Below are positions 14,183 through 27,200 of a DNA stretch of 64,000 nt, one piece after another (within the stretch, counting starts at the first letter, position 1; the number at the start of each line of letters is the position of its first letter). The stretch is from the NCBI GenBank assembly GCA_951406725.2, contig OX597828.1:41230001-41294000 (forward strand), written 5' to 3'. The notes beneath the pieces were generated by a model. It had not been told where the DNA came from, searched no databases, and saw nothing but the letters and a program-made list of their open reading frames with translations. Source of the stretch: Octopus vulgaris (taxonomy: Eukaryota). The translations under genes were made by a program, and so were the position numbers.

Positions 14183-14580
14183 GCTGTGTGGTAAGTAGCT
14201 TGCTTACCAACCGCATGGTTCCGGGTTCAAGTCCACTGCGTGGAACCTTGGGCAAGTGTCTTCTACTATAGCCCCGGGTTGATCAAAGCCTTGTGAGTGG
14301 ATTTGGTAGACGGAAACTGAAAGAAGCCTGTCGTATATATGTATATGTATATATATATATATGTGTGTGTTTGTGTGTCTGTGTTTGCCCCTCCAACATT
14401 GCTTGACAACTGATGCTGGTGTGTTTATGTCCCCATAACTTAGTGGTTCGGCAAAAGAGACCGATAAAATAAGTACTAGGCTTACAAAGAATAAGTCCTG
14501 GGGTTGGTTTGCTCGACTAAAGGCGATGCTCCAGCATGGCCACAATCAAATGACTGAAACAAGTAAAAGAGAAAAAGAGA
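14183..14580 (+). mobile_element. SINE family A copy inside the Gypsy remnant
   Basis: Match to family A. Confidence 0.9.
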
Positions 14581-15211
14581 ACTCTGTAAGTGGAAATATG
14601 GTTTCCATACAATCCAGAATAAATCTTCTGTAAAAGCTGGTAAGACTGAGGAATTCTTGCAACTTCCTTAGTGATACAAGAACAGGAATATTTGTAATGG
14701 CGTCTACTTTTCCCTTTAATCGATGAATTCCGTCTTCCTCAATATTATGTTCCAAAAATGTGATTAAAAAAAAACGTCAAAAAGACGTTTACGGGAGTTA
14801 CTGTACTGTCACAGCTCAGCAAAAAGTTGTTCTAAGTGCTGATCATGCTATTCTTTCATAGGGCTAGCAATCAACAAGTCGTTGATGTAAGCAAAAACAA
14901 AATGTAAACCACAAGTGACTTCATCGATAAACCTCTGGAAAGTATTAAAAATGTTCCAAAGACCAAAAGGCATTATACAAAATTCAAGGTGTTCAAAAGG
15001 AGTAGTTATGGCTGTTTTAGGAAACTCAGCGGGTTCTATAGGATTTTGATTTTAGGCATGTACTAAATTGATTTGGGAAAAACAGTATTACTGTGTAAAG
15101 AAGCTGAGAAATCATGAATATGAGGAATTGTGTATTCATCAGGAACAGTTAGGGCATTTCATATTTGTATGTGCATGGTTATCTGAAATCGATTGTGCTA
15201 TTTTAATAGTT

Positions 15212-15442
15212 ATTTCTTTACTACCCACAAGGGGCTAAACATAGAGAGGACAAACAAGGACAGACAAACGGATTAAGTCGGTTATATCGACCCCAGTGCG
15301 TAACTGGTACTTAATTTATCGACCTCAAAAGGATGAAAGGTAGAGTCGACCTCAGCGGAATTTGAACTCAGAATGTAATGCCAGACGAAATACGGCTACG
15401 CTTTTCGCCCGGCGTGCTAACGTTTCTGCCAGCTCGCCGCCT
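15212..15442 (-). mobile_element. SINE family B copy
   Basis: Near-identical to 3548-3783; TTTAATAGT target duplication. Confidence 0.9.
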
Positions 15443-16102
15443 TTTAATAGTAACAGAGGTTCTTTAATAGTAACAGAGGTGCTATTTTAATAGTAACAGA
15501 GGTTCTTGGTCATCTCTTCTAGGCCATCTGCATTGTCTGTCTGCCTCTAAAATGCTCACCAAATGGTTTTTGTTGGGGGTCAGGAAATCAAATTCTTGAA
15601 TATTGGAGAAAACTCTGATCATAACATTGTCTCACACTGATTGGTCGCTTATTAGACCAATCACGTGAAACTACGGTGGTTTGCTCTCGTGATGTTTGAC
15701 TATGTATCCAGGGATTCAGTTTTGAATTACCGCTATGGAACTTAACAATGGCCAGATATACCATAGTGTTTTATGGGGGTGGGGGTGGGGGGAGTAGAAC
15801 TTTATGGAATGTTGAAAATTCTTTTTACATTAACAATAAATTGAACTTTGTTGCAGGAGCTGTGTGGGAGGTTGGCGTTTAAAATATGTACAAAAGGGAT
15901 GAAATAATATAAAATGTACATGTATATGCATGTCCTCTGTGTGTGTGTGTGTGTGTGTGTGTATCTACCTATCTGTGTGTGAGGGTGGAGAGGTATGTGT
16001 GTGCATGGCTTGCAATATCTTTGTATTGACTGATTATATTATTGTACATTATTGAATGGAATGACATGGATGAGTTGATGTGTTTACGTTGTTAAAATCA
16101 AA

Positions 16103-17030
16103 CTAAGCTGTTGCCTTCTATTATATAAAGCTTTGACGTATTTAACATTTACATCCCACACATTTAGACCTTGAACAAAATAGTTAGCTTAACAATTTCA
16201 TCAAAGCACTTGAATTTTTTTCTCATTTCAGACATGAAATAGTTGTAGACTTGATGTCTGCATTGTTATAATCAAAATAAGCTCGTTTTTTTAATTTTTA
16301 AAAAAACTTGTTTCAGTCATTTGACTGTGGCCATGCTGGAGCACCGCCTTTAGTCGAGCAAATCGACTTCAGGACTTATTCTTTGTAAACCTAGTACTTA
16401 TTTTATCGGTCTCTTTTGCCGAACCACTAAGTTACGGGGACGTAAACACACCAGCATCGGTTGTCAAGCGATGTTGGAGGGACAAACACAGACACACAAA
16501 CATATACACACACACAGACATTATATATATATATATATACATATATATGACGGGCTTCTTTCAGTTTCCGTCTACCAAATGCACTCACAAGGCTTTGGTC
16601 GGCCTGAGGCTATAGTAGAAAACACTTGCTCAAGATGCCATACAGTGGGACTGAACCCAGAACCATGTGGTTTGTAAGCAAGCTACCTACCATACAGCCA
16701 CTCCTACGCCTATATTTTATAAAGTTTAAAGCTTTGACGTATTTAACATTTACATCCCACACATTTAGACCTTGAACAAAATAGTTAGCTTAACAATTTC
16801 ATCCAAGCATTTTAAGTTTTTTCTCATTTCAGACATGATGTCTTTACATTGTTATAATCAAATTAAGCTGTTACCATCTATTTTATAAAGCTTTGATGTA
16901 TTTAACATTAACATCCCACACGTTTAGACCTTGAACAAAATAGTTAGCTTAACAATTTCAAATTTTCTGTACAATTTAATCAAAGCATTTAAATTTTTTT
17001 TCTCATTTCAGACATGAAATAGTTGTGGAT
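16103..17030. repeat. Three copies of a ~160-bp unit, with a SINE between copies 1 and 2
   Basis: AAAGCTTTGA(C/T)GTATTTAACATT...CTTGAACAAAATAGTTAGCTTAACAATTTCA occurs at ~16127, ~16728 and ~16887. Confidence 0.85.
16306..16712 (-). mobile_element. SINE family A copy
   Basis: Reverse-complement match. Confidence 0.9.
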
Positions 17031-17165
17031 TTGTCAAACTTATTTTAGTTCTTTTATTCTGTCACCACTGAAACAAACCTGTTTGCATATCTAAATTTCT
17101 AACTTCAACATATGTATGTATGTGCTTATGTACATACATATATATACACATACAAACAAAAAGAT

Positions 17166-17545
17166 GAGAGAAAGAGAAAATGGTATCTATGAGATTATTA
17201 ATCACTGCAATTGTTTTGACCCATCATGCATTGGTCTTTTGCAGTCGAGATACTGTACAACTGGTTGTGGTGCATCTTTTGGTGCAGATGTGTCTTGTCA
17301 AGTGGCTTTTTCAAAAGGTACCTTGCTGAAGCAAACGATGAAATATATTATAATCGAACTAAGTGAAACTGAGTTTAAAGAATGAGGTACCTTTTGAAAG
17401 ATCACCTGATGAGACACATCAGCAACAAATGATGCACCACAACCAGTTGTTCAGAGTCTTGCCTGTGAGGGACCAACACATGATGGGTCGAAACGATCAT
17501 AGTGATTAATAAAGAATCTTGTGAATTCCATTTTCTCTCTCTCTC
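17166..17545. repeat. Older inverted repeat, arms ~17166-17323 and ~17385-17545
   Basis: Arms are clearly complementary but diverged (e.g. ACAACTGGTTGTGGTGCATC / GATGCACCACAACCAGTTGT; TCAAAAGGTACCT / AGGTACCTTTTGA). Confidence 0.8.
17401..17506 (+). ncRNA. Type I hammerhead motif with long stem II insertion, slightly decayed
   Basis: ATCAC-CTGATGA-GAC...(~70 nt)...GTC-GAAA-CGATCAT-A-GTGAT. Stem III is palindrome ACGATCGT with one CpG-type change; followed by AATAAA. Confidence 0.55.
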
Positions 17546-18143
17546 TTTTGTTATACACTTGATGGACATGAAGGAATTCCTGAAGTAAATTCAGTGGCAC
17601 TTATATCCTCCATCCTGTTGATGACATGAGATAGCCACAGACAGTGAATGTGCTTTAATTGGCATACTACCAGGTGTATACCCAAATTTAAAATTTCTTT
17701 CTTCCTCCCATCTCTCTCTTCCTTCTGTCCTTTCTTTTGCTTGTTTCAATCATTAGACTGTGGCCATGCTGGGGCACTGCTTTGAAGAAATTTTTAGTGA
17801 ATGAATTGATCCCATACTTTTTCTTTCAGCTTGGTACTTATTCTCTTGTTCTCTTTTGCCAAACTGCTAAGTTAACAAGGCAACACCAGTTGTCAAGCAG
17901 TGGCGAGGAATAAAACAGACACAATGACACATACGTGCACACACACGTGCGCACACACACACATGCACACACATACACTTGCGCACACTCATACATTCGG
18001 CTTCCTTTGGTTTCTGTTCACCAAATCCAATCACAAGGCCTTATTCAGCCCAACACTTTAGTAAAAGACACTCATATGCTGTGGGACTGAACCATGTGGT
18101 TGGGAAGCAGACTTCTTACCACACAGCCATGCCTATACATATA

Positions 18144-18600
18144 TATTAGGTTGAGGAAAAAGTTTGTGTGCCAAACTTGTGCTGAATGGTCGCACCTTCA
18201 ATGCTGAACTTTACTGCGAGCAACTTGATCGAGTCTGTGATGCACTGGTTGAAAAGTATCCAAGACTTGTTCGTCGAAAACACGCTTTGTTTCAATAAGA
18301 CAATGCAAAGCCAGTCACATACCACCAGAAAGACCAGCAACAACACTGAAGAAATGGATGGTATGGAAGTTCTGCCACATCCAGCTTATATTCCAGATGT
18401 TGCTCCATGTGACTACAGTCTCTTCCAGTCAATGCAGCATTTTATGAAAGGTCACTGATTTGAATCATTCAATGAAGTTGAAGAAGCCTGTCAAGAATTT
18501 TTTGATTCAAAGCTGAAAGATTGGTACTTTGGTGGAAAAATGGTGGTCTTTATTTTGACACAATCCTTCTACAATAAGAACTCTTCAATTTTAAAATTTT
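18144..18600 (+). mobile_element. Mariner transposase remnant
   Basis: TATTAGGTTG end; MEVLPHPAYIPDVAPCDYSLFQSMQHFMKG (YSPDLAP-like motif). Confidence 0.8.
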
Positions 18601-19096
18601 CTTTCGGCAGAAAATTTCTTAGCAATGCAGCAAAAAAAAAAAATAAAGCAATATAAAAGAGAAAACAGTTTTAAAATCCAGTTTTGTACTTTTATATTGT
18701 AGTATGTTTGATAATGTCCATCCATACATTTTTGCTGTTCACTATTTCTGAGAGAGTCATAGCGGTTAAAGTCCTCCTCAAGCACCTTCTTCATATGGTC
18801 CTATTCTCTGGATTCTCAAGCATGGCCATCTGCTACTATGGCTATTATCCAACCAACTCAAAACTGTAGCAATTGAGGAAAGAAACCTGCTTGATAATAT
18901 AGTCAGTGTACGATGTTCCATGCTCTGATTGATATTTTGTTTGGTAATGTGATTGATGGGTGCTTGACACAGTTGTTTGATAATAAGGTCGATGTATTGT
19001 TTGATAATACTGTTGGTGTGGTGTTTTATAATGCAGTTGATGTGGTTGGAGTATTGTATGACATAGTTAGTGAGGTGTTCGATACTGTCGGTGCAA

Positions 19097-20290
19097 TCAT
19101 CATCATCATCATCAGTAGCATTTAATGACCATTGTCCATGCTGGCATAGGTCAGATGGTTTGACCAGGGACTGGTAAGCTACGGGGCTGCACCAGACTCC
19201 AGCCTGATTTTACATGGTTTCTACGACTGGGTTCCCTTCCTAATGCCAACCACTCCAAGAGTGTAATGGGTGCTTTTACATGCCACCAGCAAGGATGCCA
19301 GTTGCATGATACCAGTATCTACCACGACTATGATTTCACTTAGCTTGATAGGTCTTCTTCTCAAGCATAGCATATTGCCAAAGGTCTCGGCCATTTGTCA
19401 TTGCTTCCATGAGGCCCAACACATGAAAGGTGCTTTTTACATGCCAGTTATGTGACATTGGCATTGGCCACGTCTATGATTTCACTTGGCTTGACAGGCC
19501 TTCTCAAGCATGGCAAATCACCAAAGGTCTCGGTCACTAGTCATTGCCTCTGTGAGGCCCAACTTTTGAAGATCATGCTTCATTACCTCATCCTATGCCT
19601 CCCGAGTCTACCTCTTACACAAGTTCCATCCACAGTTAGCGATCAGCATTTCTTTACACAGCTATCCACATCCATATGCATCACTTGATCATACTAGCAG
19701 AGTTGTCTCTCATGCACACCACATCTGATGCCTCTCATGCCTAATTTTTCTCTCAAGATGCTTACACGCTGTCGTACATGCACAATGACATTGCACATCC
19801 AGTGAAGTATACTAGCTTCATTTCTTTCAAGCCTACCCATGCCCTCAGTGGTCACAGCCCATGTTTCACTGCCATGTAGCATAGCTATTCACACACAGGT
19901 AACAAAGGTAGGAGCTCTCTGAACTTTGCTCAGCCTATTCTTATTCTTGCAGCTATGCTCCCAGGGCGTCCACCTCCACTACTGACTTGATAACCTAGAT
20001 TAAGGAAGCTATCAACTACCTCTAGCTTAATCCAATGGCATTTGATGGAGTCTATTTTCTGTACAGTAATTGTACCTGTGCACTTTCCGCACACAAAATC
20101 CCTTTCCCCATTTAAACTTCTGATATTGCTGCACTTCTTATGTATCCATAGCTTGCACTGAGTACATCTTATGGAATTTCTACCAATACCTTTCCTACAG
20201 ATCAAGAAAGAACGTGTGATTTGTCTGCTTTCCTATGTACTAAGACTTTGGTTGGTTCTAGGTTAACTCTAAGGCCCTTCGATCCTAGAC
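19097..20290 (-). mobile_element. 5'-truncated RTE-clade LINE: ORF2 C-terminus plus 3' UTR ending in (GAT)n
   Basis: CRKGIGRNSIRCTQCKLWIHKKCS, EVVDSFLNLG, MLHGSETWAVT...LREKLGMRGI, followed by a UTR with GGAAGGG..CCAG..GTAGAAAC and a (GAT)n tail. Confidence 0.85.
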
Positions 20291-20539
20291 CTTGCTTTGT
20301 GGTGTTTGATAATATTGATAGTATATTGTTTGATAATGTTGTTGGTGTAGTGTCTCAAAATGTGGTTGCTGTATCATTTGACAACATAGTGTGGTGTTTG
20401 ATGATGCTGGCATGATAATGTTGTCAGTGTAGCATTATATAATGTTGTTGTAGCTTTTGTCAATGTGCTTCATGTATTGTTTGATAATGTTGTTGATGTG
20501 ATTTCTGATGTGCTTACTACATTGCTTGATATTGTTATT

Positions 20540-23500
20540 GGTGTTTGATAATGTTGCTGTGTGATGTTTGATAATGTTGCTGGTGTGATGTTTGATAATG
20601 TTGCTGGTGTGGTGTTTGATAATGTTGCTGGTATGGTGTTTGATAACGTTGCTGGTGTAGTGTTTGATAACGTTGCTGGTATGGTGTTTGATAACGTTGC
20701 TGGTGTAGTGTTTGATAATGTTGCTGGTGTGGTGTTTGATAATGTTGCTGGTGTGATGTTTGATAATGTTGCTGGTGTGGTGTTTGATAATGTTGCTGGT
20801 GTGATGTTTGATAATGTTGCTGGTGTGATGTTTGATAATGTTGCTGGTGTGGTGTTTGATAATGTTGCTGGTGTGATGTTTGATAATGTTGCTGGTGTGG
20901 TGTTTGATAATGTTGCTGGTATGGTGTTTGATAACGTTGCTGGTGTGGTGTTGGATAATGTTGCTGCTGTAGTGTTTGATAACGTTGCTGGTGTAGTGTT
21001 TGATAACGTTGCTGGTATGGTGTTTGATAACGTTGCTGGTGTAGTGTTTGATAACGTTGCTGGTGTGGTGTTTGATAATGTTGCTGGTGTGATGTTTGAT
21101 AATGTTGCTGGTGTGGTGTTTGATAATGTTGCTGGTATGGTGTTTGATAACGTTGCTGGTGTGGTGTTTGATAATGTTGCTGGTATGGTGTTTGATAACG
21201 TTGCTGGTGTAGCGTTTGATAACGTTGCTGGTGTGGTGTTTGATAACGTTGCTGGTGTGGTGTTTGATAATGTTGCTGGTATGGTGTTTGATAACGTTGC
21301 TGGTGTGGTGTTTGATAATGTTGCTGGTATGGTGTTTGATAACGTTGCTGGTGTAGTGTTTGATAACGTTGCTGGTGTGGTGTTTGATAATGTTGCTGGT
21401 GTGGTGTTTGATAATGTTGCTGGTATGGTGTTTGATAACGTTGCTGGTATGGTGTTTGATAACGTTGCTGGTGTAGTGTTTGATAATGTTGCTGGTGTGG
21501 TGTTTGATAACGTTGCTGGTGTGGTATTTGATAATGTTGCTGGTATGGTGCTTGATAACGTTGCTGGTGTAGTGTTTGATAATGTTGCTGGTGTGGTGTT
21601 TGATAATGTTGCTGGTATGGTGTTTGATAATGTTGCTGGTGTGGTGTTTGATAATGTTGCTGGTATGGTGTTTGATAATGTTGCTGGTATGGTGTTTGAT
21701 AACGTTGCTGGTATGGTGTTTGATAACGTTGCTGGTGTAGTGTTTGATAACGTTGCTGGTGTGGTGTTTGATAATGTTGCTGGTGTGATGTTTGATAATG
21801 TTGCTGGTGTGGTGTTTGATAATGTTGCTGGTGTGGTGTTTGATAATGTTGCTGGTGTGGTGTTTGATAATGTTGCTGGTGTGGTGTTTGATAACGTTGC
21901 TGGTGTAGTGTTTGATAATGTTGCTGGTGTGGTGTTTGATAATGTTGCTGGTGTGATGTTTGATAATGTTGCTGGTGTAGTGTTTGATAATGTTGCTGGT
22001 GTGGTGTTTGATAATGTTGCTGGTGTGGTGTTTGATAATGTTGCTGGTATGGTGTTTGATAATGTTGCTGGTGTAGTGTTTGATAACGTTGCTGGTGTGG
22101 TGTTTGATAATGTTGCTGGTGTGGTGTTTGATAATGTTGCTGGAATGGTGTTTGATAACGTTGCTGGTGTGGTGTTTGATAATGTTGCTGGTGTGATGTT
22201 TGATAATGTTGCTGGTGTGGTGTTTGATAATGTTGCTGGTGTGGTGTTTGATAACGTTGCTGGTGTGGTGTTTGATAATGTTGCTGGTATGGTGTTTGAT
22301 AACGTTGCTGGTGTAGTGTTTGATAACGTTGCTGGTGTGGTGTTTGATAATGTTGCTGGTGTGGTGTTTGATAATGTTGCTAGTATGGTGTTTGATAACG
22401 TTGCTGGTGTGGTGTTTGATAATGTTGCTGGTGTGATGTTTGATAATGTTGCTGGTGTGGTGTTTGATAATGTTGCTGGTGTGGTGTTTGATAATGTTGC
22501 TGGTGTAGTGTTTGATAATGTTGCTGGTGTGATGTTTGATAATGTTGCTGGTGTGGTGTTTGATAATGTTGCTGGTGTGGTGTTTGATAATGTTGCTGGT
22601 GTAGTGTTTGATAATGTTGCTGGTGTGATGTTTGATAATGTTGCTGGTGTGGTGTTTGATAATGTTGCTGGTGTGGTGTTTGATAACGTTGCTGGTGTAG
22701 TGTTTGATAATGTTGCTGGTGTGATGTTTGATAATGTTGTGGGTGTGGTGTTTGATAATGTTGCTGGTATGGTGTTTGATAACGTTGCTGGTGTAGTGTT
22801 TGATAATGTTGCTGGTGTGATGTTTGATAATGTTGCTGGTGTGATGTTTGATAATGTTGCTGGTGTGGTGTTTGATAATGTTGCTGGTGTAGTGTTTGAT
22901 AATGTTGCTGGTGTGATGTTTGATAATGTTGCTGGTGTGGTGTTTGATAATGTTGCTGGTGTGGTGTTTGATAATGTTGCTGGTGTAGTGTTTGATAATG
23001 TTGCTGGTGTGATGTTTGATAATGTTGCTGGTGTGGTGTTTGATAATGTTGCTGGTATGGTGTTTGATAACGTTGCAGGTGTAGTGTTTGATAATGTTGC
23101 TGGTGTGATGTTTGATAATGTTGCTGGTGTGGTGTTTGATAATGTTGCTGGTGTGGTGTTTGATAATGTTGCTGGTGTAGTGTTTGATAATGTTGCTGGT
23201 GTGATGTTTGATAATGTTGCTGGTGTGGTGTTTGATAATGTTGCTGGTGTGATGTCTGATAATGTTGCTGTGTGATGTTTGATAATGTTGTTGGTATGGT
23301 GTTTGATAATGTTGCTGGTGTAGTGTTTGATAATGTTGCTGGTGTGATGTTTGATAATGTTGCTGGTATGGTGTTTGATAATTTTGCTGGTGTGATGTTT
23401 GATAATGTTGCTGGTGTGATGTTTGATAATGTTGCTGGTGTGGTGTTTGATAATGTTGCTGGAGTGATGTTTGATAATGTTGCTGGTGTGGTGTTTGATA

Positions 23501-23720
23501 ATGTTGCTGGTGTGATGTTTGATAATGTTGCTGGTGTGGTGTTTGATAATGTTGCTGGTGTGATGTTTGATAATGTTGCTGGTGTGGTGTTTGATAATGT
23601 TGCTGGTGTGATTTTTGATAATGTTGCTGGTTTAGCGTTTGGTAATGTTGTTGGTGTAGTGTATGAAGATGTAATTAGTGTGGTTTTTGATCACAGCTGG
23701 TGTGGTGTTTGATGATACGG
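20540..23720. repeat. 24-bp minisatellite (GTGGTGTTTGATAATGTTGCTGGT)n, about 130 units
   Basis: Directly visible. Degenerate units extend to ~18890-19090, ~20300-20540 and ~24480-24780. Confidence 0.97.
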
Positions 23721-24014
23721 TGTGTTTGATGTTTGATAATATGATTGCTGTGTTTGTGTATGATACAAGTCATAACTAAACACTTTTTACAACTACCTGT
23801 ATTCCAGATAGACATGTGTTGATGGGAAACAATATAAACTTCAGCTGATTAATATTTGCAACCTTGTTTTAATGAAGATGATGGTGATGTTGTTGACAAA
23901 AAAGATGATGATGGCAATGATGATGACGATGATGATGATGATAACGGGGAGGGTGATATGGTGCTGGTGTTTTATTTGTGGTGAATGGCATCTCAATGGT
24001 AATGTTGGTGATAG

Positions 24015-24050
<36 letters not shown>

Positions 24051-24160
24051 TTAACTGCAATAGTAATGACATCAACAACCATAGCAATAGCAACACCACA
24101 TGACCACCATGATGATCATCATCAACAGGAGCAACAACGACAACAACAAAAACAGTAATA

Positions 24161-24301
24161 TTAGGTTGTCCCAAAAGTTCGTAAACACTTGCGAAAATTG
24201 AATTTTTACTCGCCAAGTACTAACAAAAACAACAAAAATTATTCCTCAAAATAAAGACCATTATTTTCCAAGACTTTCTACGAACTTTTGGGACAACCTT
24301 A
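24161..24301. mobile_element. Tc1/mariner-type MITE
   Basis: TIRs T(T/A)AGGTTGTCCCAAAAGTTCGTA / TACGAACTTTTGGGACAACCTTA, flanked by TA. Confidence 0.85.
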
Positions 24302-25366
24302 TAGTAACAACAGCATTACTAGCAGTCTCTATTTAAATTTTATTGTTTATTCAGTTTTTTATTAGAATAAAAACTATAACGAACAATAAAGTAAACAAAG
24401 AATTAAAAATATTTAAATAATATGCATTTGAAGAGTATGAATTAACATAGGTTGTCACCTGATAATGTGGTTATTGTAGTATTTAATTGTGTGGATGATG
24501 ATAACATGTTTGATAATGTGTGGTTGATAATGCTACTGGCATAGTGTTTGATAATGCTACTGGTATAGTGTTGTTTGATAATGAAGTTAGTATGATGTTG
24601 GGTAGTAAGTTCATGTAATGTTTGATAATGTTGTTGACGTATCTTTAATAACATGGTTGGTGTGGTGCTTGAAAATGTGACTGGTGAGGAATTTTAATAA
24701 GCTGATTTGCAAGGTGCATGATAATGTTAGTGTAGTGCTTGATAACGTTGCTAGTGTAATGTTTGGTAATATGATTTGAACTTAGAATGTAATGAACCAA
24801 AAGTAATGCTGCTAAAATGTGGCATAAAAAGCATCCAGTCCACACTGTGAAGTGGTCGGCTTTTGGAAGGGCATCCAGCTGTAAAAATTATGCCAGAACT
24901 AACCTCACCTGTACTGGTGCTGTGTAAAAAGCACTCAGTCTACTCTGCTGGGTGGTTGGTGTTAAGAAGGGCTTCCAGCTGTAAAAACCATGCCAAAACA
25001 GATGCAGAAACCTTGTGTAGTCTTCTACCTGGCCAGATCCTGTCACACCATCCAATCCATGACAGCATAGAAGGCAGATGTTAAATGATGATGATGATGA
25101 TGATATTAACAATTCTGCCAGCTTGCTGCCTTATCCTAATATAATAACATCATAATACAATATTATAAAATTATAATAATGTTATTACATACATAATTAT
25201 AATTTATTATGATATCATATTATATTCTACGGAGATGTACTTGCATAGCAAGTGACCTGATCTCAGATCGTGTGCTGGAACGAAAACAATTGCAGCGTGG
25301 AAGGTGTATATAAGCCATTTAAGAAACACTCAAAAACTGTTAGATTCACTTCAACATTTAAATTTA

Positions 25367-25419
25367 ATTTGTCAAAATATTTTCGTCGCTTTGAGACCGC
25401 GACCTGTTCACTGACAAAA
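25367..25419 (-). ncRNA. Type I hammerhead motif with variant core GUGAACA (G3-C8)
   Basis: Minus strand: TTTGTCA-GTGAACA-G-GTCGC(ggtctcaaa)GCGAC-GAAA-ATAT-T-T-TGACAAA. 7-bp stem I, 5-bp stem II, palindromic stem III. Confidence 0.65.
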
Positions 25420-27200
25420 TTCCATGTTCATATTATATTATTATCATATATATTATTATAGTATACAATTTGTGTTCATATTATGTTATTATCATATATA
25501 TTATTATAGTATACAATTATAATACATTATTTCTATTATAGTATTGTAAGCTGTATATAATATATTTTGAACATGTTGCATAATAATTAATATATATGAG
25601 TGAGACTTGATGACATTAATGAGATTAATGAGTTGATATGTTAATTCTAACATATGGAACAATAAGCACTATTACAATAGCAATTCCTTATTGCATTATA
25701 CAAACTAACACTTGATATTACAATTGGAATAAAGACTTCAGATTTCTATTGTAATGTTTATTGCATTATGGGTGATAACATTTGATATCATGAAAGCAAT
25801 ACATGCAATAACATTTCATATTACAATTGTGATACATGGAATAACAATTGATATTAGAATTGTAATATACAGGATAATTATGATCTAGGGGATAAAAGTT
25901 GGTAATACAGCTGCCATATATGTGATATTCAATACAGTGATAGCAGTACAAAATTGTGATATATCAGATAATACTCAATACTACAAAATATGATAATTTT
26001 AATTAGACTTTTTCAAATAATTATAATTTTTAGCAATGAACACAACACTAGAAATTTGGGTGGGGAAAAGCTGCCACTCTACCAATTCCTCCAATCGAGG
26101 GCTCTTGGTTTTTTACCCCTCCCATATTCATATGGGAGGGGCATAGGTGGATAAATAAATCTTCGTATATGACTATTATCTATATAATTTATCAACTCTA
26201 GAGCAGCAAAATGTATATTTACGTCTTGGTCTCATTTGAATTCTGAATGTTAAGGAATGCAACTTAACGTAGCATGCTTTTTAGACTGGCCCACTAAATA
26301 TTGTTGCTGCCAGTTTATTGCCCTTTTTCACCCCTATTTTTGAATGATCTGAAAGAACGATGAAGGATTGGTGTCAATTAACTTAACCTCACATAAATTA
26401 TTTGTACTTAATGTTATTGGTAGAAGAAATAGTCTTGTCTGTATTAATCACCTTTGTTTGTCAAGGACATTGTCTAATTTCTTGTTAATGTCAATGTAAA
26501 ATTTATAATAACTATGGTTCTATGCAGTATTCTAAAAAGAAAACAAGGTTTCCAGTCTTATAATACTGAATTTTTTTCCTTTTGACTATAAGAGTTAAAT
26601 TTAGAATATTAAGACAAAGCTCTAACCTTAATTGTTATCATATGATGTTTCATGTGATATCTGATATATCACAAATATTTGATGCATCATAACTATTTGA
26701 TATATCCCAAATATTGAGTGTATCATATCAGTACCATTCATAAATATATTAAAAATATTTTATTCTCAGCTTGTAATGTTTGTTCATTTGTACATTGTTC
26801 GTAAGTGTTTGTATAAAATTTTTTTCCAGTGCCTTTCTTTCTTATTATAAGTTATATTTATGCTGTCACCTAGTTTGGTAAAATCATATACCATTTAGGA
26901 AATATATGCTGCAAGGATCAATAAATTGATTTCATATCAGCATATCAGTCACTATGTTATCAGTAAAGAGAGTGTTAGTATAGTTACCTGTCAGTGTTAG
27001 TACGTATAACATCAATACAGATGTAGGAAATTGGTCAGTATCTATAATATCAATACATCATTTATGGTTGCAAGATGGCAGTGGTCAGTTTTCAGTTTCA
27101 CTATGTGATTCAATATTCCAAGCAGTTGTCGTCAATATTATTATTTCTAAATCTCTCATAGAGAGATTTCAGTAACATCTCTTTTAAGTAAAGGCTATTT

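Larger units (their letters stand above)
12940..14990 (-). pseudogene. Gypsy/Ty3 pol remnant (RT, integrase core inverted, integrase C-terminus)
   Basis: Minus: FAYINDLLIAS, FLEHNIEEDGI...LRKLQEFLSLTSFYRRFI; plus: FKHIHVDIMGP...IDCFSK..EPILIKD; minus: AVYSGQY...TVSVDQLKQAF. Confidence 0.8.

Noticed and set aside
20561-23712. 904-aa and 146-aa ORFs (VVFDNVAG)n as real proteins
   Set aside because: They arise from a 24-bp unit lacking stops; there is no unique domain, the starts are non-ATG codons, and a frameshift lies within the array.
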